Positions 41,353 to 53,149 of a DNA stretch of 64,000 bases are shown one piece after another. How positions within the stretch are numbered: the first letter of the stretch is position 1; each line of letters begins with the position of its first letter. Made by a program: the position numbers and the translations under genes. The notes beneath the pieces are model-generated. The model saw only the letters and a program-made list of their open reading frames with translations, had not been told where the DNA came from and did no database searches. The stretch comes from Priapulus caudatus (Eukaryota): assembly GCF_000485595.1 (NCBI RefSeq), contig NW_014577072.1, positions 617,413 to 681,412 on the forward strand, given 5' to 3'.

Positions 41353-44300
41353 GCGTACGTGCGCGTGAGTGCGTGCGCGTGCGTGCGTGCGTGCGTGCGT
41401 GCGTGTGTGTGTGTGTGCGCGCGCGCGTCATTCTGTTGTTTTCCCGCCGTTGCTTGTGTCAGTAGGCTATGCACGTATAGAGACGTGTGTGCATGCATGG
41501 GCGATGTTAACTGCAGCACTGTATGTCGATAGCAGACGCGAGAGACGTCGGTGTTGATACCAGTTTACGCTATTATAGGGGAAGGCAAAAATATGGCAAA
41601 ACCGATGAAACGTATACGTGTATAGTCCACAATTTACTTGGTTAATTGAGAAAACAAATTTCTATACATGTATTCGGAAAGTCGCGCCATCTACAGTTCG
41701 TGACGTGTGAGCCGCTGTTTTCCTGCCGCCCATAGCCGTGCGTATATTAGCCTATGAGCGATACCGCGCGTGCATATTTGCTAATTAATTAGACTAATCG
41801 TGGGTCAATAAACTCAATATTCACAGTGTTTATAGCTAAGACATGTGTCTATATGTCGCTAGATTTCTTACACTTTCCTACAGCCCATAGCGTAATAGCG
41901 TACATGCGGGGGGGGGGGGGGGTAACAGCTGTATACAATGCGCTAGTACCATGGCCAGTACACACAGTACATGCAGGCGGGCACATGCGCAGGTGAAACT
42001 TAGAAACTTAGAAATATACACCATAGAAAATTCGTTACGTAGTCAATTTAAAATAATTTTTAATCAATTTATATTGAAATGAAACATCTTAGTGTAATCT
42101 AAATACACATGTACATTGTATTTATCTGAATTACATTGTTTAAACACATATTACTAATAATATTTATTGATTTATATTGCGCACGTTACATACAAATATG
42201 TTCACGTGCGCATTACAAAGGCTGATTATAAAACAGCGGACTGCAACAGTGTAAAATATAGATACTTAAATTCCGACAATCCTATAACATTTCCTGATTA
42301 TAAAATAGCGGACTGCAACATTGTAAAATATAGATCCTAACAAACGACAATCATATAACTACTCTTATACTTCAAACCAGGGCATCTTAACCAAAACTGA
42401 AGTTTAGTTTTTTTTGACTTGGATGGGGATTTTTCTAGTTTACATCCAGGTATATCAACATTCTGTAGCTGGAAATTTAAAAAAAACCTCTGAAAATAAA
42501 TTTTTACAAGCATTCTGACAATATTGAGAGTCCTTCAACAGTTATCATTGAACAAAAGTTATTGGGGATGGCAGTTACTTTACTACCTAAGATGATGCAT
42601 ATGTGTGAGTTTGTGGCTTTCAGGCATAGATTATCAGGTTGCTGGTCTTGGGAGTGCAAATTATTTCATCATCAAACAAAATGTGTGACACTCCACCAAT
42701 TTATTGCATCATTTTATTTTCAACTAACAGAAACATTTCTCACATCTGTCTGCACAAATCACAGGGGTGAATTCCATCTATATTTACTCGTGTACCCGCG
42801 AAAGCAACAGCATAAACAATACACAGTATTACGTCATCGTAGTACCTATTTTCGCCGCGTGGCACTACTTTCTGGAAACATGTAGGGTCCCTGTAGAAAC
42901 ATGTATAGAAGCGTCGATGTATACATGGATACGAATAAGGAGGTAATTGCGTTTATTCTGCTAATAAATGATGCATGAATAATAACTTTGGGCTTGATGG
43001 AGTATAATTGCTGTATAATAGTAAAGTCTACTCGTTTTGGACTAGGATTTGTCATAGAAGTAAGGACCATGGGAATGAATTGATTGCATGCAATATAAAC
43101 AACCGCATTGCATCATAACCATGCTAGACAAATACGTGATGGGTTTTGTCTTTTTATCTGTTCGTTTGTGAAAAAAATCATGAGCTTTATTCCGAGAAAT
43201 ATTTATCAATTGAGTACATTGTAATATGATTTAGTTATGAGTTGGGACTCATGGATCAGCGTCTTTCCAACAGGTACACCCGGCGGCCATGGAAGCAACG
43301 CAGAAACTCGATTGGTTCAAGACCTTCTCACTACACACATGCCATTGGCACGCCCCATCATCAACGCGAGCGAATCAGTTTTGGTTGAAATTGGAATGCA
43401 ACTCAAGAAGATTATGAAAATAGTAGGCATGCATACGCGGCAATGAATATTTTATATTTCACTTCCATTACCGGATCGCCTCATCTGCTAAGTAAACTTT
43501 CACATATTAATATCGAGAGGGGGCGCAACGATCGCAATTACCAAGAATGGTTCGGAAATTCTAACACTACAATGAGCTTTAAATAAAAACACGCAATAAT
43601 ATTATTTAGCATTTCATTGATAAAACAAGCGGAAACTTGATAGTCTATAAAAGTTTGAATGTTTTTTTTTCAGGATGAGAGTCAAAGCACTATTCATGTA
43701 AGGGCTTGGCTGATTATGGTAAGAATTTTAATGTTCTAACAGTGATTGATCACCCACGACATTTCCAAATATATAATTAGCACATCCATATGTATACATG
43801 TAATTAAACGCCGAAGTTTATGTTACGATGTCTACGACTACTGTATATAAGTTACCAATGTCACTCATAATAAGATTATTTGGCCAAATTATATTTCTAG
43901 CGAATAATCATGATGAGCACATTAGGAATCGTAGCAAATTAACCCATGGGGACGAAGATTTTCTACGACATTGTTATAAGAATCCTTTCCCGTGCCACCG
44001 TAAAATCCCTTCACGTGTGTGATTCGATTATATTTTTCACTCCGAACGTATTTCAAGTCCTGTCGAGCCTGTGCCTATCCCTCGGATTTGAAAATGGGTG
44101 GAGAGCGCAGAGTTTCTGGACGGGATGATGATCCATCCCGCATTAACTTCCTACGTTTTATTATTGAGGGCTATTTGCGGCTGCGGGAACCATTACAATC
44201 GGAAGAAAGTGCCTTGCTTAGTGAGCTTAGAACGCGACTTCCTAATTTGGGTTTAACGGCTCGAATTAGTGTTTCAAACTCTTCGATATGACAGGGGAGT

Positions 44301-44512
44301 AGGCAAGGCTCTATCGCTGCTGTTTCCTTCGAAGTGTCTTGGTCTGCGTTTTGTTACTCATTATTTATACATGAGATTTCGCCTGTAAGCTCGGTTGTGA
44401 ACGCGTGTATTTGTGCGTGTATGTGCGCGTACGCCTGCACGTGCGCTGTTGCGTTTGCGCCTCTGTTGCGTGTTTGCGTGGGTAGGTGTGTAGGTATGTG
44501 CGTGTGTATGTG

Positions 44513-44583
<71 letters not shown>

Positions 44584-47500
44584 TGTGTGTGCGGTGGTGT
44601 GTTGTGTGTGTGTGTGTGGTGTGGTGGTGTGTGTGTGGGTCTTCATTTAAGCAGGCTATTGTTGTAAATCAGACACTACGCACTGTCCGCATTTCAGTAC
44701 GTTAAATTAACCGGAAAAATTCGGAATATGCCATCAAAGATGTTATAATCATAATATTATAGTTACTTAAAGCAAGTACGTGCTCGCTCGTAAAACAGCA
44801 CTCGACGATAAAAAGTCGTTGCATGGAAGGCATTAACGTCGGCTTGAACGTTATAGGTAGAGACATTTTTCGTGATTTCCTAAGAGCTTTACAGAATAAG
44901 CGCATTAAGGTGTATACCAATAAACAGGTAATAGCGAAGTTTCTTTCACACCCGCGCGTGCCTGCACGCTCGCGACATAAATGAAATTTAATGAAACGGG
45001 AATGTTTCAGGTGCTCAGCGGATTCCCGTGAGGTATGCTGCCTACCTAATTGTAGATTTATCTTAACGCGGTTGCTCGTGTTTTCTCAAAAGGCTGCGTT
45101 ATTGGACCATTTCCTTCCCAGTTTGTATTTTTCTATCCATATATAGTAGATTAATATATATTAATATACTTATCGTATGTGTGTGTGTGTGTGTGTGTGT
45201 GCGAATAACGGTGTGACATCAGATGTGCAAGGCACTGTGTGCGTCGGGCGGTGTGCGTGTGCGGGTGTGCGTGTGGTGTGCGTGAGGCGTGTGTGTGCGT
45301 GGGCGTGTGGTTGTGGATCTGAGTGCCACAGTGTGCGTGCTGCGTGGCGCGTGTGCGGTTGCGCGTGCGTGGTGCGTGTATGTGTGGTTCGCGCGCCTTC
45401 GTGTGTGTGTGTTGTGTGTGTGTGTGGTGCGTAGCCGGCCGGCGGCGGTTGTGAGATGGTGCGTGGTGGCGCGGCGCGTGCGTGGTGCGCGTGGCGTGTG
45501 TGTTGTGTAAGTAAAATGATTGAAAATATTTAAGTATAAAAATATAATGAAGTGTCAATTTCTTCTTATATATATATATACATATAAAGATATATATATA
45601 TATATTTATTTATTTATTTATTAATCGCAATATAGGTGTGGAAGAACGCTCAAATGACGTGGAATCCCGATGATTATGAGGGCATCACGCAAGTCACGCT
45701 TCCATCGCCTACTGTCTGGAAGCCAGACATTCGATAATGGGGCAGGCGGTTGTGCCGCGCAATTTAAATGAGAGTCAGTGATTAGTTCATGTCAGCGGAT
45801 ATTTCGAAAAGAGAGAGAGAGATGTGGGTGTAAGTCCACGTTCGGACAGGTCACCCCTCGACGATATTCTAAAAACATTCACGCCTGGTGATTGGTCATT
45901 GATAAGGCCTAAGTATTGTTATATCCGATGTATCGTCCCCGCGTGCGATCTAGGAGCTATAGTTTCGGCATTGATACGAATTATAGTATAGTATTATATC
46001 TATTGATATTAGTTATAGAACGATATATGCGATAGATACGACGTGGCGGTACTTTTAATCGCGGTCACCGCCTGCGCTTCGAAAAACGCAATATATTCAC
46101 AAACTGATAGATGGTCTTTCGTGATGTGTTCTTCCCCCCTCCTCTTCCCCCCCCTCCCCCCGCGCGTGCTCAATGGTGAGTTACTCCGAGCAGACGTTCT
46201 CGCGTCGGATGCTGCGTTTAACTGACGTACTCATCGCTACGAATTAGTCATATTATGAGCACGTCAGATCGGCATCAAGGCTAGTCGCGTCGACAGTTGG
46301 TGGGGGGGGGGGTGAAGAGACTATGCTAGTAGAGACTATGCTAGTAGAGACTATGCTAGTAGAGACTATGCTAGTAGAGACTATGCTAGTAGAGACTATG
46401 CTAGAAGAGATATGTTAGTAAGGAGCTATGCTAGTGGACTATGCTAGTAGAGACTATGCTAGTAGAGACTATGCTAGTAGAGACTATGCTAGTAGAGACT
46501 ATGCTAGTAGGCATCGTTCGTTGCGTACAGCGCTCTGGACCATAACACTGCGCCTTGCTCATTTTCAGCATCGTCCCCGGCTTTTACTCGTTTCCCGACA
46601 TGCCGCTGACGGTGACCAGCGACGGCAGGACGCGCTGGTCGCCGCCGACCGACCTGGTCGTGCTCTGCGACATGCATCTCGACTTCTTTCCCTTCGATCG
46701 ACAGACGTGTCACTTCACATTCGGCTCGCTGACGCACGACGCGACGCGGCTCGACGTCGCGCTCAAGGACAACGTGTCGGTCATCGATCTGTCGTGGTAC
46801 CACGCGAGCGTCGGCTGGCGCGTCGAGGATACGCTGGCGACGCGACACGCCGAGGTGTTCGCCTGCTGTCCGGATCCGTTCGTCGACGTGACGTTCACGC
46901 TGACGGTGCGACGTGACAGCGCCATGTCGTACACAAGCCTCGTTCTACCGCTCGGCGCCGTGCAGGCCGTCACGCTGCTCGTCTTCTGGGTGCCGCCGGG
47001 CAGCCGCGAGAAGCTGACGGCAGCGATGACGAACCTTGTCGCGCTGACGGTGCTCAGCCTGCAGATGTCGCAGCAAGTGCCGCCGCTCACCGGCAAACAC
47101 GTGCCCGTGATCGGTAAGCGACGCTCCCGCCGTGAAGATATATTAATATCGCGCCGCGCGACGAAATGAGTCGGTTCCGCCGCGCGACGTGCGGTGACGT
47201 GCAATTACACGGACGGCGCTCTTAATCGTAACTGACAACCTGCAAAGATTGTTATATATATATATATATATACCTGCTTTATAGTACAGAAACGTCATCT
47301 TTTTTCAGCTCGCGTATCATGTATCGTATACTGCACGGAACAATGACCGCGTTACGAGAGGATGCGATGCGATTCCTTAATTTATTTCAGTAAAGTATTT
47401 CGCCTTCACCTACCTGATGGTTGCAATCAGTGTCGGAGCGGCTGTGATAGTATTGAACCTGCATTATCGCAGACCCCGCTATTGTGTGCGGCCCGTGCCG

Positions 47501-48069
47501 GCGTGGGTTAACAAGGTAAGTCCGATCTATATCATGACGCAGATCCGTCGGTCGCGCGCGCTCACACACACGTACACAGGTGTGAATGTCAGTTGATATT
47601 TTGTTCGCTGAATCAATAGCGTAGCGCCAGACAACCTGCGGTGCGCGCCGAGTCACAGGCGGTAATACAGACACACCCACCGGCGAGAGGGCGCCGACGA
47701 GGAAAAAAACCAACCTGTCATTCGATTATCGTGCAGGTTTTCATCGATGGCCTCGGACGCCTGTGTCGGCTCAGATCGAACGCGTACGGCAGGGACGGCC
47801 GCGTGCCGCTGACTAACGAGATGATGGACGACGATGACCGCCACCTTACCGATCTGCAGCGTCCGGTCACTGATGCCAACAATGATCAACGACAGAACAA
47901 TGAGCGTCTGCATGAGATGCTGCTGCGGCAGCAGAGGGAGCAGGCGGCGCGCGACACGTTAGACGAGTGGGCCAAGGTGGCCATCGTTGTCGATCGTCTG
48001 CTGTTCACGATCTATCTAGTCTGTTTCATCTTTAGCTGGGTCGCCATGAGCCGTGACACGGCCGTGTAG
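40717..48069 (+). CDS. Gene model: divergent nicotinic acetylcholine receptor alpha-type subunit (Cys-loop ligand-gated cation channel); join(40717..40807,43274..43422,43674..43718,45636..45745,46569..47113,47391..47515,47737..48069); in-frame TAA at 45735-45737, so possibly a young pseudogene or a consensus error
   Basis: Signal peptide; loop A WKPDI; Cys-loop CDMHLDFFPFDRQTC; vicinal CC in loop C; M1-M4; EW.KVA.VVDR before M4. Exons 3 and 4 are 45 and 110 nt, sizes typical of nAChR genes. Spliced length is 1398 nt. Confidence 0.92.
43274..43422 (+). CDS. nAChR exon 2 (GTPGGHGSNAETRLVQDLLTTHMPLARPIINASESVLVEIGMQLKKIMKI)
   Basis: Acceptor tttccaacag and donor gtaggc. Shows the E.RL..DLL....RP..N.S..V.V N-terminal nAChR pattern. 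Confidence 0.9.
43674..43718 (+). CDS. nAChR exon 3, 45 nt (DESQSTIHVRAWLIM; loop D Trp)
   Basis: Acceptor tttttttttcag and donor gtaaga. Size and DE.......W motif match the equivalent nAChR exon. Confidence 0.9.
45636..45745 (+). CDS. nAChR exon 4, 110 nt (VWKNAQMTWNPDDYEGITQVTLPSPTVWKPDIR*WG-), containing an in-frame TAA
   Basis: Acceptor aatatag. Contains W.P.DY.GI and WKPDI motifs. The phase-2 end at 45745 is followed by gcggtt; an alternative weak GT lies at 45749. Confidence 0.85.
46316..46510. repeat. 15-bp minisatellite (agagactatgctagt)n in nAChR intron 4
   Basis: About 13 units, ending ~60 nt upstream of exon 5. Confidence 0.9.
46569..47113 (+). CDS. nAChR exon 5: Cys-loop, loops B and C, M1, M2
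   Basis: Acceptor cattttcag and donor gtaagc. Encodes CDMHLDFFPFDRQTC, ACCPDPFVD and VFWVPPGSREKLTAAMTNLVALTV. Strong GC3 bias. Confidence 0.95.
47391..47515 (+). CDS. nAChR exon 6: M3 and MX helix (VKYFAFTYLMVAISVGAAVIVLNLHYRRPRYCVRPVPAWVNK)
   Basis: Acceptor tttatttcag and donor gtaagt. Contains VLNLHYR and P.WV motifs. Not in the ORF track. Confidence 0.93.
47737..48069 (+). CDS. nAChR exon 7: short intracellular loop, MA helix, M4, stop
   Basis: Acceptor attatcgtgcag. Encodes EWAKVAIVVDRLLFTIYLVCFIF. Ends at TAG. Confidence 0.92.
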   Translation, partial: VFIDGLGRLCRLRSNAYGRDGRVPLTNEMMDDDDRHLTDLQRPVTDANNDQRQNNERLHEMLLRQQREQAARDTLDEWAKVAIVVDRLLFTIYLVCFIFSWVAMSRDTAV

Positions 48070-48174
48070 CTAACACTCACACACACACGCGCGTGCGCGC
48101 ACGCACGCACGCACACAGACACACACACGCGCGCACGCACGCACACACGCGCGCGCGCACGCACGCACGCACGG

Positions 48175-48230
<56 letters not shown>

Positions 48231-48609
48231 CGGTTATATTCTATATTATATTATATTCTTATATTTTCATATAAGTTCGGTCGTGAGTTTGCGTGACTGC
48301 GGTACCATTTTAAACCGCCATAGAAGTCTGCTGTGCTTCCTACTAAAGTCTAGATTTCGGTTATCTACTAAATTGCTTGAAATTTCAAGCTAGTAATAAT
48401 ATTCGAGTTCTGTCGCACAAGTGTAGTTGAAGTGAACGCTCCTCTGCATGTGCATATAGGCAAAATCATATTTACTGCATGTCTGATAACCTGCACACGT
48501 AGCGATCACACCTTTTCAATGTTGCTTTAATATTTCACTGATTCGCGCCGGTTTCTGTATTTCATTCCGCTCAGGTAGAGTGATTGTGCACATTTATTGG
48601 ACGAGCATG

Positions 48610-48615
48610 AATAAA
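48610..48615 (+). promoter_or_regulatory. Candidate polyadenylation signal of the nAChR gene
   Basis: AATAAA about 540 nt after the stop, followed by T/GT-rich sequence (ttttacttggtgtctttt). Confidence 0.45.
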
Positions 48616-48699
48616 TGTAATTTTACTTGGTGTCTTTTATAGGTAATCAAGTATTATATTGTACGCCGTGAATCCAATACTAGGAGTGGCATCTCTTCC

Positions 48700-50320
48700 G
48701 TTCGACGTGCGTGAGCGTGGGCCCAGCATGAGTGTGCGTGAGCTGTGTGAGTGTGCGTGAGCGTGCGTGAGCGTGCGTGAGCGTGGGTGAGTGAGGACGA
48801 ACGTGTGTAATCGTTCATAGACCTGCGTGTAGTAGGCCTACACATAAACGCTCGTGCGCGTTCGTGAGCGTGCGTGTGTGTAATTGTTTATAGACGGGCG
48901 CGTGCTACACATAAACGTACGGCGTGAGCGTGCGTGAGTGTGTGTGAGTGTGCGTAATCGTTCATATAGACGTGCGCATGGTACACGTAAGCGTGCTGCG
49001 TGAGTGTGCGTGAGTGTCCGTGAAAGTGTTTAATCGTTCATAGACGAACGCGTGGTACACATAAACGTGCGTCAGTGTGCGTGCGTGTGCGTGAGTGTCC
49101 GTGAAAGTATTTAATCGTTTATAGACGAACGCGTGGTACACATAAACGTGCGTCAGTGTGCATGAGCGTGCGTGGGGGTGTGTGTGAGCGTTTTAATCGT
49201 TCATGGTCGTGTGCGTGGTATACCCATAATAATAGTGTGTGCGTGAGTGTGCGTGGGGTAAGCATGTGTGTGTGTGCGCGTGAGCGTGCGTGGGGTAAGC
49301 ATGTGTGTGTGCGTGAGTGTGCGTGGGGTAAGCATGTGTGTGTGTGAGTGTGCGTGGGGTAAGCATGTGTGAGTGTGCGTGGGGTAGCGTGGCGTGGGGG
49401 TAAGCATGTGTCGTGCGTGAGCGGTGCGTGGGGTAAGCCATGTGTGTGTGTGAGCGCTGCGTGGGTAAGCATGTGTGTGTTGTGCGTGAGTGTGCGTGGG
49501 GTAAGCATATGTGTGTGCGCGTGCGCTGTGCGTGGGTAAGCATGTGTGTGCGTGACGTACGTGGGGTAAGCAGTGGTGCGTGCGTTAAGCGTGCGTGGGC
49601 GTAAGCATGTGTGTGGCGTCAGCAGGCGTGCGGGTAAGCACGTGTGTGTGTGTGAGCGTGCGTGGGGTAAGCATGTGTGCGTGCGCGTGAGTGTGCGTGG
49701 GTAAGCATGTGTGTGTGCGTGAGTGTGCGTGGGGTAAGCACGGTGTGGTGTGAGCGTGCGTGGGGTAAGCATGTGTGTGTGTGAGCGTGCGTGGGGAAGG
49801 CATGTGCGTCGCGTGAGACGTGCGTGGGGTAGCATGTGTGTGTGCGTGAGTGTGCGTGGGTAAGCATGTGTGTGTGCGTGAGTGTGCGTGGGGTAATGCA
49901 TATGTGTGTGCGCGTGAGCGTGCGTGGGGTAAGCATGTGTGTGTGTGAGCGTGCGTGGGGTAAGCATGTGTGTGTGTGAGTGCTGCGTGGGGTAAGCATG
50001 TGGCGTGCGCGTGAGCGTGCGTGGGTAAGCATGTGTGTGTGCGTGAGGGTGTGCGTGGGGTAAGCATGTGTGCGTGCGTAAGCGTGTCGTGGGTAAGCAG
50101 TGTGTGTGTGAGGTGCGTGGGGTAAGCAATGTGTGTGTGGCGTGAGCGTGCGTGGGTAAGCATTGTGTGCGGGGGGTTGAGCCGTGCGTGGGGTAAGCAT
50201 GTGTGTGTGTGTGAGCGTGCGTGGGGTAAGCATATGTGTGTGTGAGCGTGCGTGGGGTAAGCATGTGTGTGTGTGAGCGTGCGTGGGGTAAGCATGTGTG
50301 TGCCTGAGCGTGCGTAGAGG
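48700..50320. repeat. Compound satellite: ~70-bp unit (taatcgttcatagac...acacataaacg), then ~30-35-bp unit (gtgagcgtgcgtggggtaagcatgtgt)n
   Basis: Recurrent cores separated by variable GT/GC dinucleotide runs. Confidence 0.85.
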
Positions 50321-51684
50321 TATGCAAACCATAGGCGTGTATAGCGATAACCGTAGACTGTAAGCCCGACTGCGCGTGTTGCGGCGCGAGTGATATTTAT
50401 ACAGCGATATATGAGCGATCGCCACAGCGGTTACGACAACTCTATTTGGAAATTTCTCACCATGGTTAGGAAACGTGCGCGGTAGCACTTACCCGATCTC
50501 GGTGACGATTCAAAACTGCACGTTCCATTCCAAGCTGAACAAGCTATCTCCATATTTAGCGATTCATTCATTTTCGTCGGACGAGTATTCTACGCGTAAT
50601 GCTTTATAGAATTCGCATGCAAAATCTAAATAAGATCGAGTCAAAGTGCCTCGAATATCTAAATCTTTAATGAGAGTATGACAAGTGAAAAAGCCGCTAT
50701 CGATCCGGCTGTACGTCGAGCAAGCAGTCTGATGGCTATTTACGAGTTACACTATCGAGCTAGTCGGTACGCTCATCGACTTCCTGCGTGTGTACGACAC
50801 GATAGATATGTTTCTTTAACTACATGATAGGTATACTATACGCAAAAACCTACACTTGTCGTTCTAAATCAACAGTTTTAGCATGATAAATCACTGTCAT
50901 GTAGACGTCCGACGGTTTCCGTCAAAAGAACTTCGGAGCGGGGTTTCTCTCGTTTACGGCGATCGAACGTCTTTTACATTTGCAATTGTAATGCGAAGGA
51001 GTTGAGAAACTGATCGCAGTTGTTTTTAAACGGAGTTTTCGTTCGATGTTCTGAACATAGCCGTGTATGTTATTATGCTGAATATTGATTTCGTGTATAA
51101 TTTATTATTCGCAACACTCTATATTTACATGCGTTAGAAATAGTGAAACAGGTTACTCGGCATTATATTAAATCAACGTAAACAGCGCGGGCTTCAGCCA
51201 CGACCATGTAACTCATATACTGCGCTCGTACTCTAATGCTATTAATGTGGTCGTACAAGATATTTGAGCTAATTCATCATTTTCAAGAAATACCCTGACT
51301 TTAATCTCAGCAATATCTGCGCCCAGTTCAATAGTACTCATACGAACTAGTGCATATAACTACTGTAGCAATTGAGGATTATACAATTACACCCACGAAA
51401 TAGTGTAGACCCGCAATGCGTATCGATCGCGATGCTATTGCAGAGTTTGAGCTGACTCTGCAATAGTCACCAATCTAGATCTTGTCACAACGCAGGATCC
51501 AGATTGGCGACCATTGTAAAGCATGTATGTGGATCGCAAAAAGCCGAGGGAATTTCAGCTATTTTGGTGAAATGTTACGTTGATTGTAAATTTTTATTAA
51601 TAAATGGTGTTTAATGCAATGAAACCTATTTGTATATTTCTGTACGTTTAGCTTCAATATAACAGTTTCGTCAATTTTTTGCTG

Positions 51685-52510
51685 ATCATCATCATCATCA
51701 TCATCATCAATCTTCTTCGCTCCGACCGGAGCATAGGGCTTCCACAGTCTTCCTCCGTCGGACTCGGTTTTGAGCTGTCCGCTTCACTTGTTCCCAAGAC
51801 ATTCCAATCTCTTCATATTCCCGTCTGATGGTCCTTCTCCATTACTTTTTCGGTCTGCTTTTCTTCCGAGCTCCTTGCGGATTCCACTCCAGGGACTGTC
51901 GTGTGATGTTACTCGCAGGTTTTCTGAGCGTATGACCAACCCATTTCTACTTTCTACGCCTGATGGTGACATCAACTCTCTCTTGTTTTGTGCGCTGCCA
52001 CAAGTCTTCATTTGATATTATTAATGGCCAGAAGACTCCAAGTACGTAGAGGAGTCTACGATTAATAAAGGCTTGGAGCTTGTTGATGACTTTTCTTAAT
52101 CAACCGCCATGTCTCTGATCCATACAACAGGACGGAATTTACGTTCGAATTGAAGATTCTAAGCTTTGTGCACAAAGAAATGTACCGAGATCTCCAGACT
52201 GATCGCAGTGTACAGAAGGCAGCTTGTGCTTTCCTACATCTAGCTTCGACATCTTCCTCCGTTCCTCCGGTTGTTGTGACAATGCTGCTCAGATATGTGA
52301 AGGCAGTAACTTGTTCCAGCGTCTTTCCTCTGCAGGCAATTTCTTCTCTATTTGCTGTTATTCCAATCCTCATCTCTTTCGTCTTGGATGCATTCACTTT
52401 GAGCTCGATTTTATCTGCGTGCTCCTGGAGAGCCTCGAATTTCTGTCGTGCTTGAGTGCTCTTTTGGCTTAGTAAAACTAAATCGTCAGCGAACTCTAGG
52501 TCTTCAAGCT
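51685..52510 (-). mobile_element. 5'-truncated RTE-clade non-LTR retrotransposon (3' end of RT ORF plus (TGA)n tail)
   Basis: LEDLEFADDLVLLS..SKTKEM..FTYL..TKLRIFNSNV.SVLLYGSETW, then, after a frameshift and stops, [25 protein letters not shown]. Followed directly by a (TGA)n tail at 51685-51709. Confidence 0.9.
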
Positions 52511-52645
52511 TTTTAAACATGCTAAACTTTTCGCTGCTATTGCTGCTATTTTATATATATGAAGCCTCATGATTGGGAGCTTGCCATGCTATATGCTTTT
52601 AATTTCTATTACAATCGTCGCAAACGTGAATGCTGTGTGTGTGTG

Positions 52646-52701
<56 letters not shown>

Positions 52702-53149
52702 TACGTGCGTGCGCACGTGCGTGCATGTGTGTGCGCGTGTGTGTGTGTGCGCGCGTGTGTGAGCTGGTGTAGTTAGTGGTAGTGTTAATGTATCCAACTT
52801 CCTTAGGCGAATTAATGCGTCTCATAAATTATGCTAATAGCATTTTACAAAATGATGGGAGAAATGTAAAATTGGTTAAATCATCGTGTTATGATTAGTC
52901 TGATAGCATTAGAGACTTAGTCACCCTCAAATTTGAATTGGAACCGGAATTAAGTTGACATTAGATGGAAAAGATTAAGCACGTCATATTTCGTTTCTAT
53001 CATATTTTGTGCAAAATGGTACCGAGCAAACGGTTTATGTAATGAATGAATCTAGGCTTAGCAGGCATACTTGAGAGCAATTTTTTATACTAGACTGTAT
53101 GATGTCACGGCCAACAAATTGGCTTCCGTGTTAAAATGATAAAAAGAAC

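Noticed and set aside
46316..46510. Resemblance of the unit tagtagagactatgc to the Academ terminus tagtagacatgc
   Set aside because: Short and needs two indels; could easily be chance.
49119..50488. Long His/Thr-rich ORFs (up to 402 aa), and similar THTH/VCVC/LSLS ORFs elsewhere
   Set aside because: Translations of stop-free microsatellite or satellite DNA.
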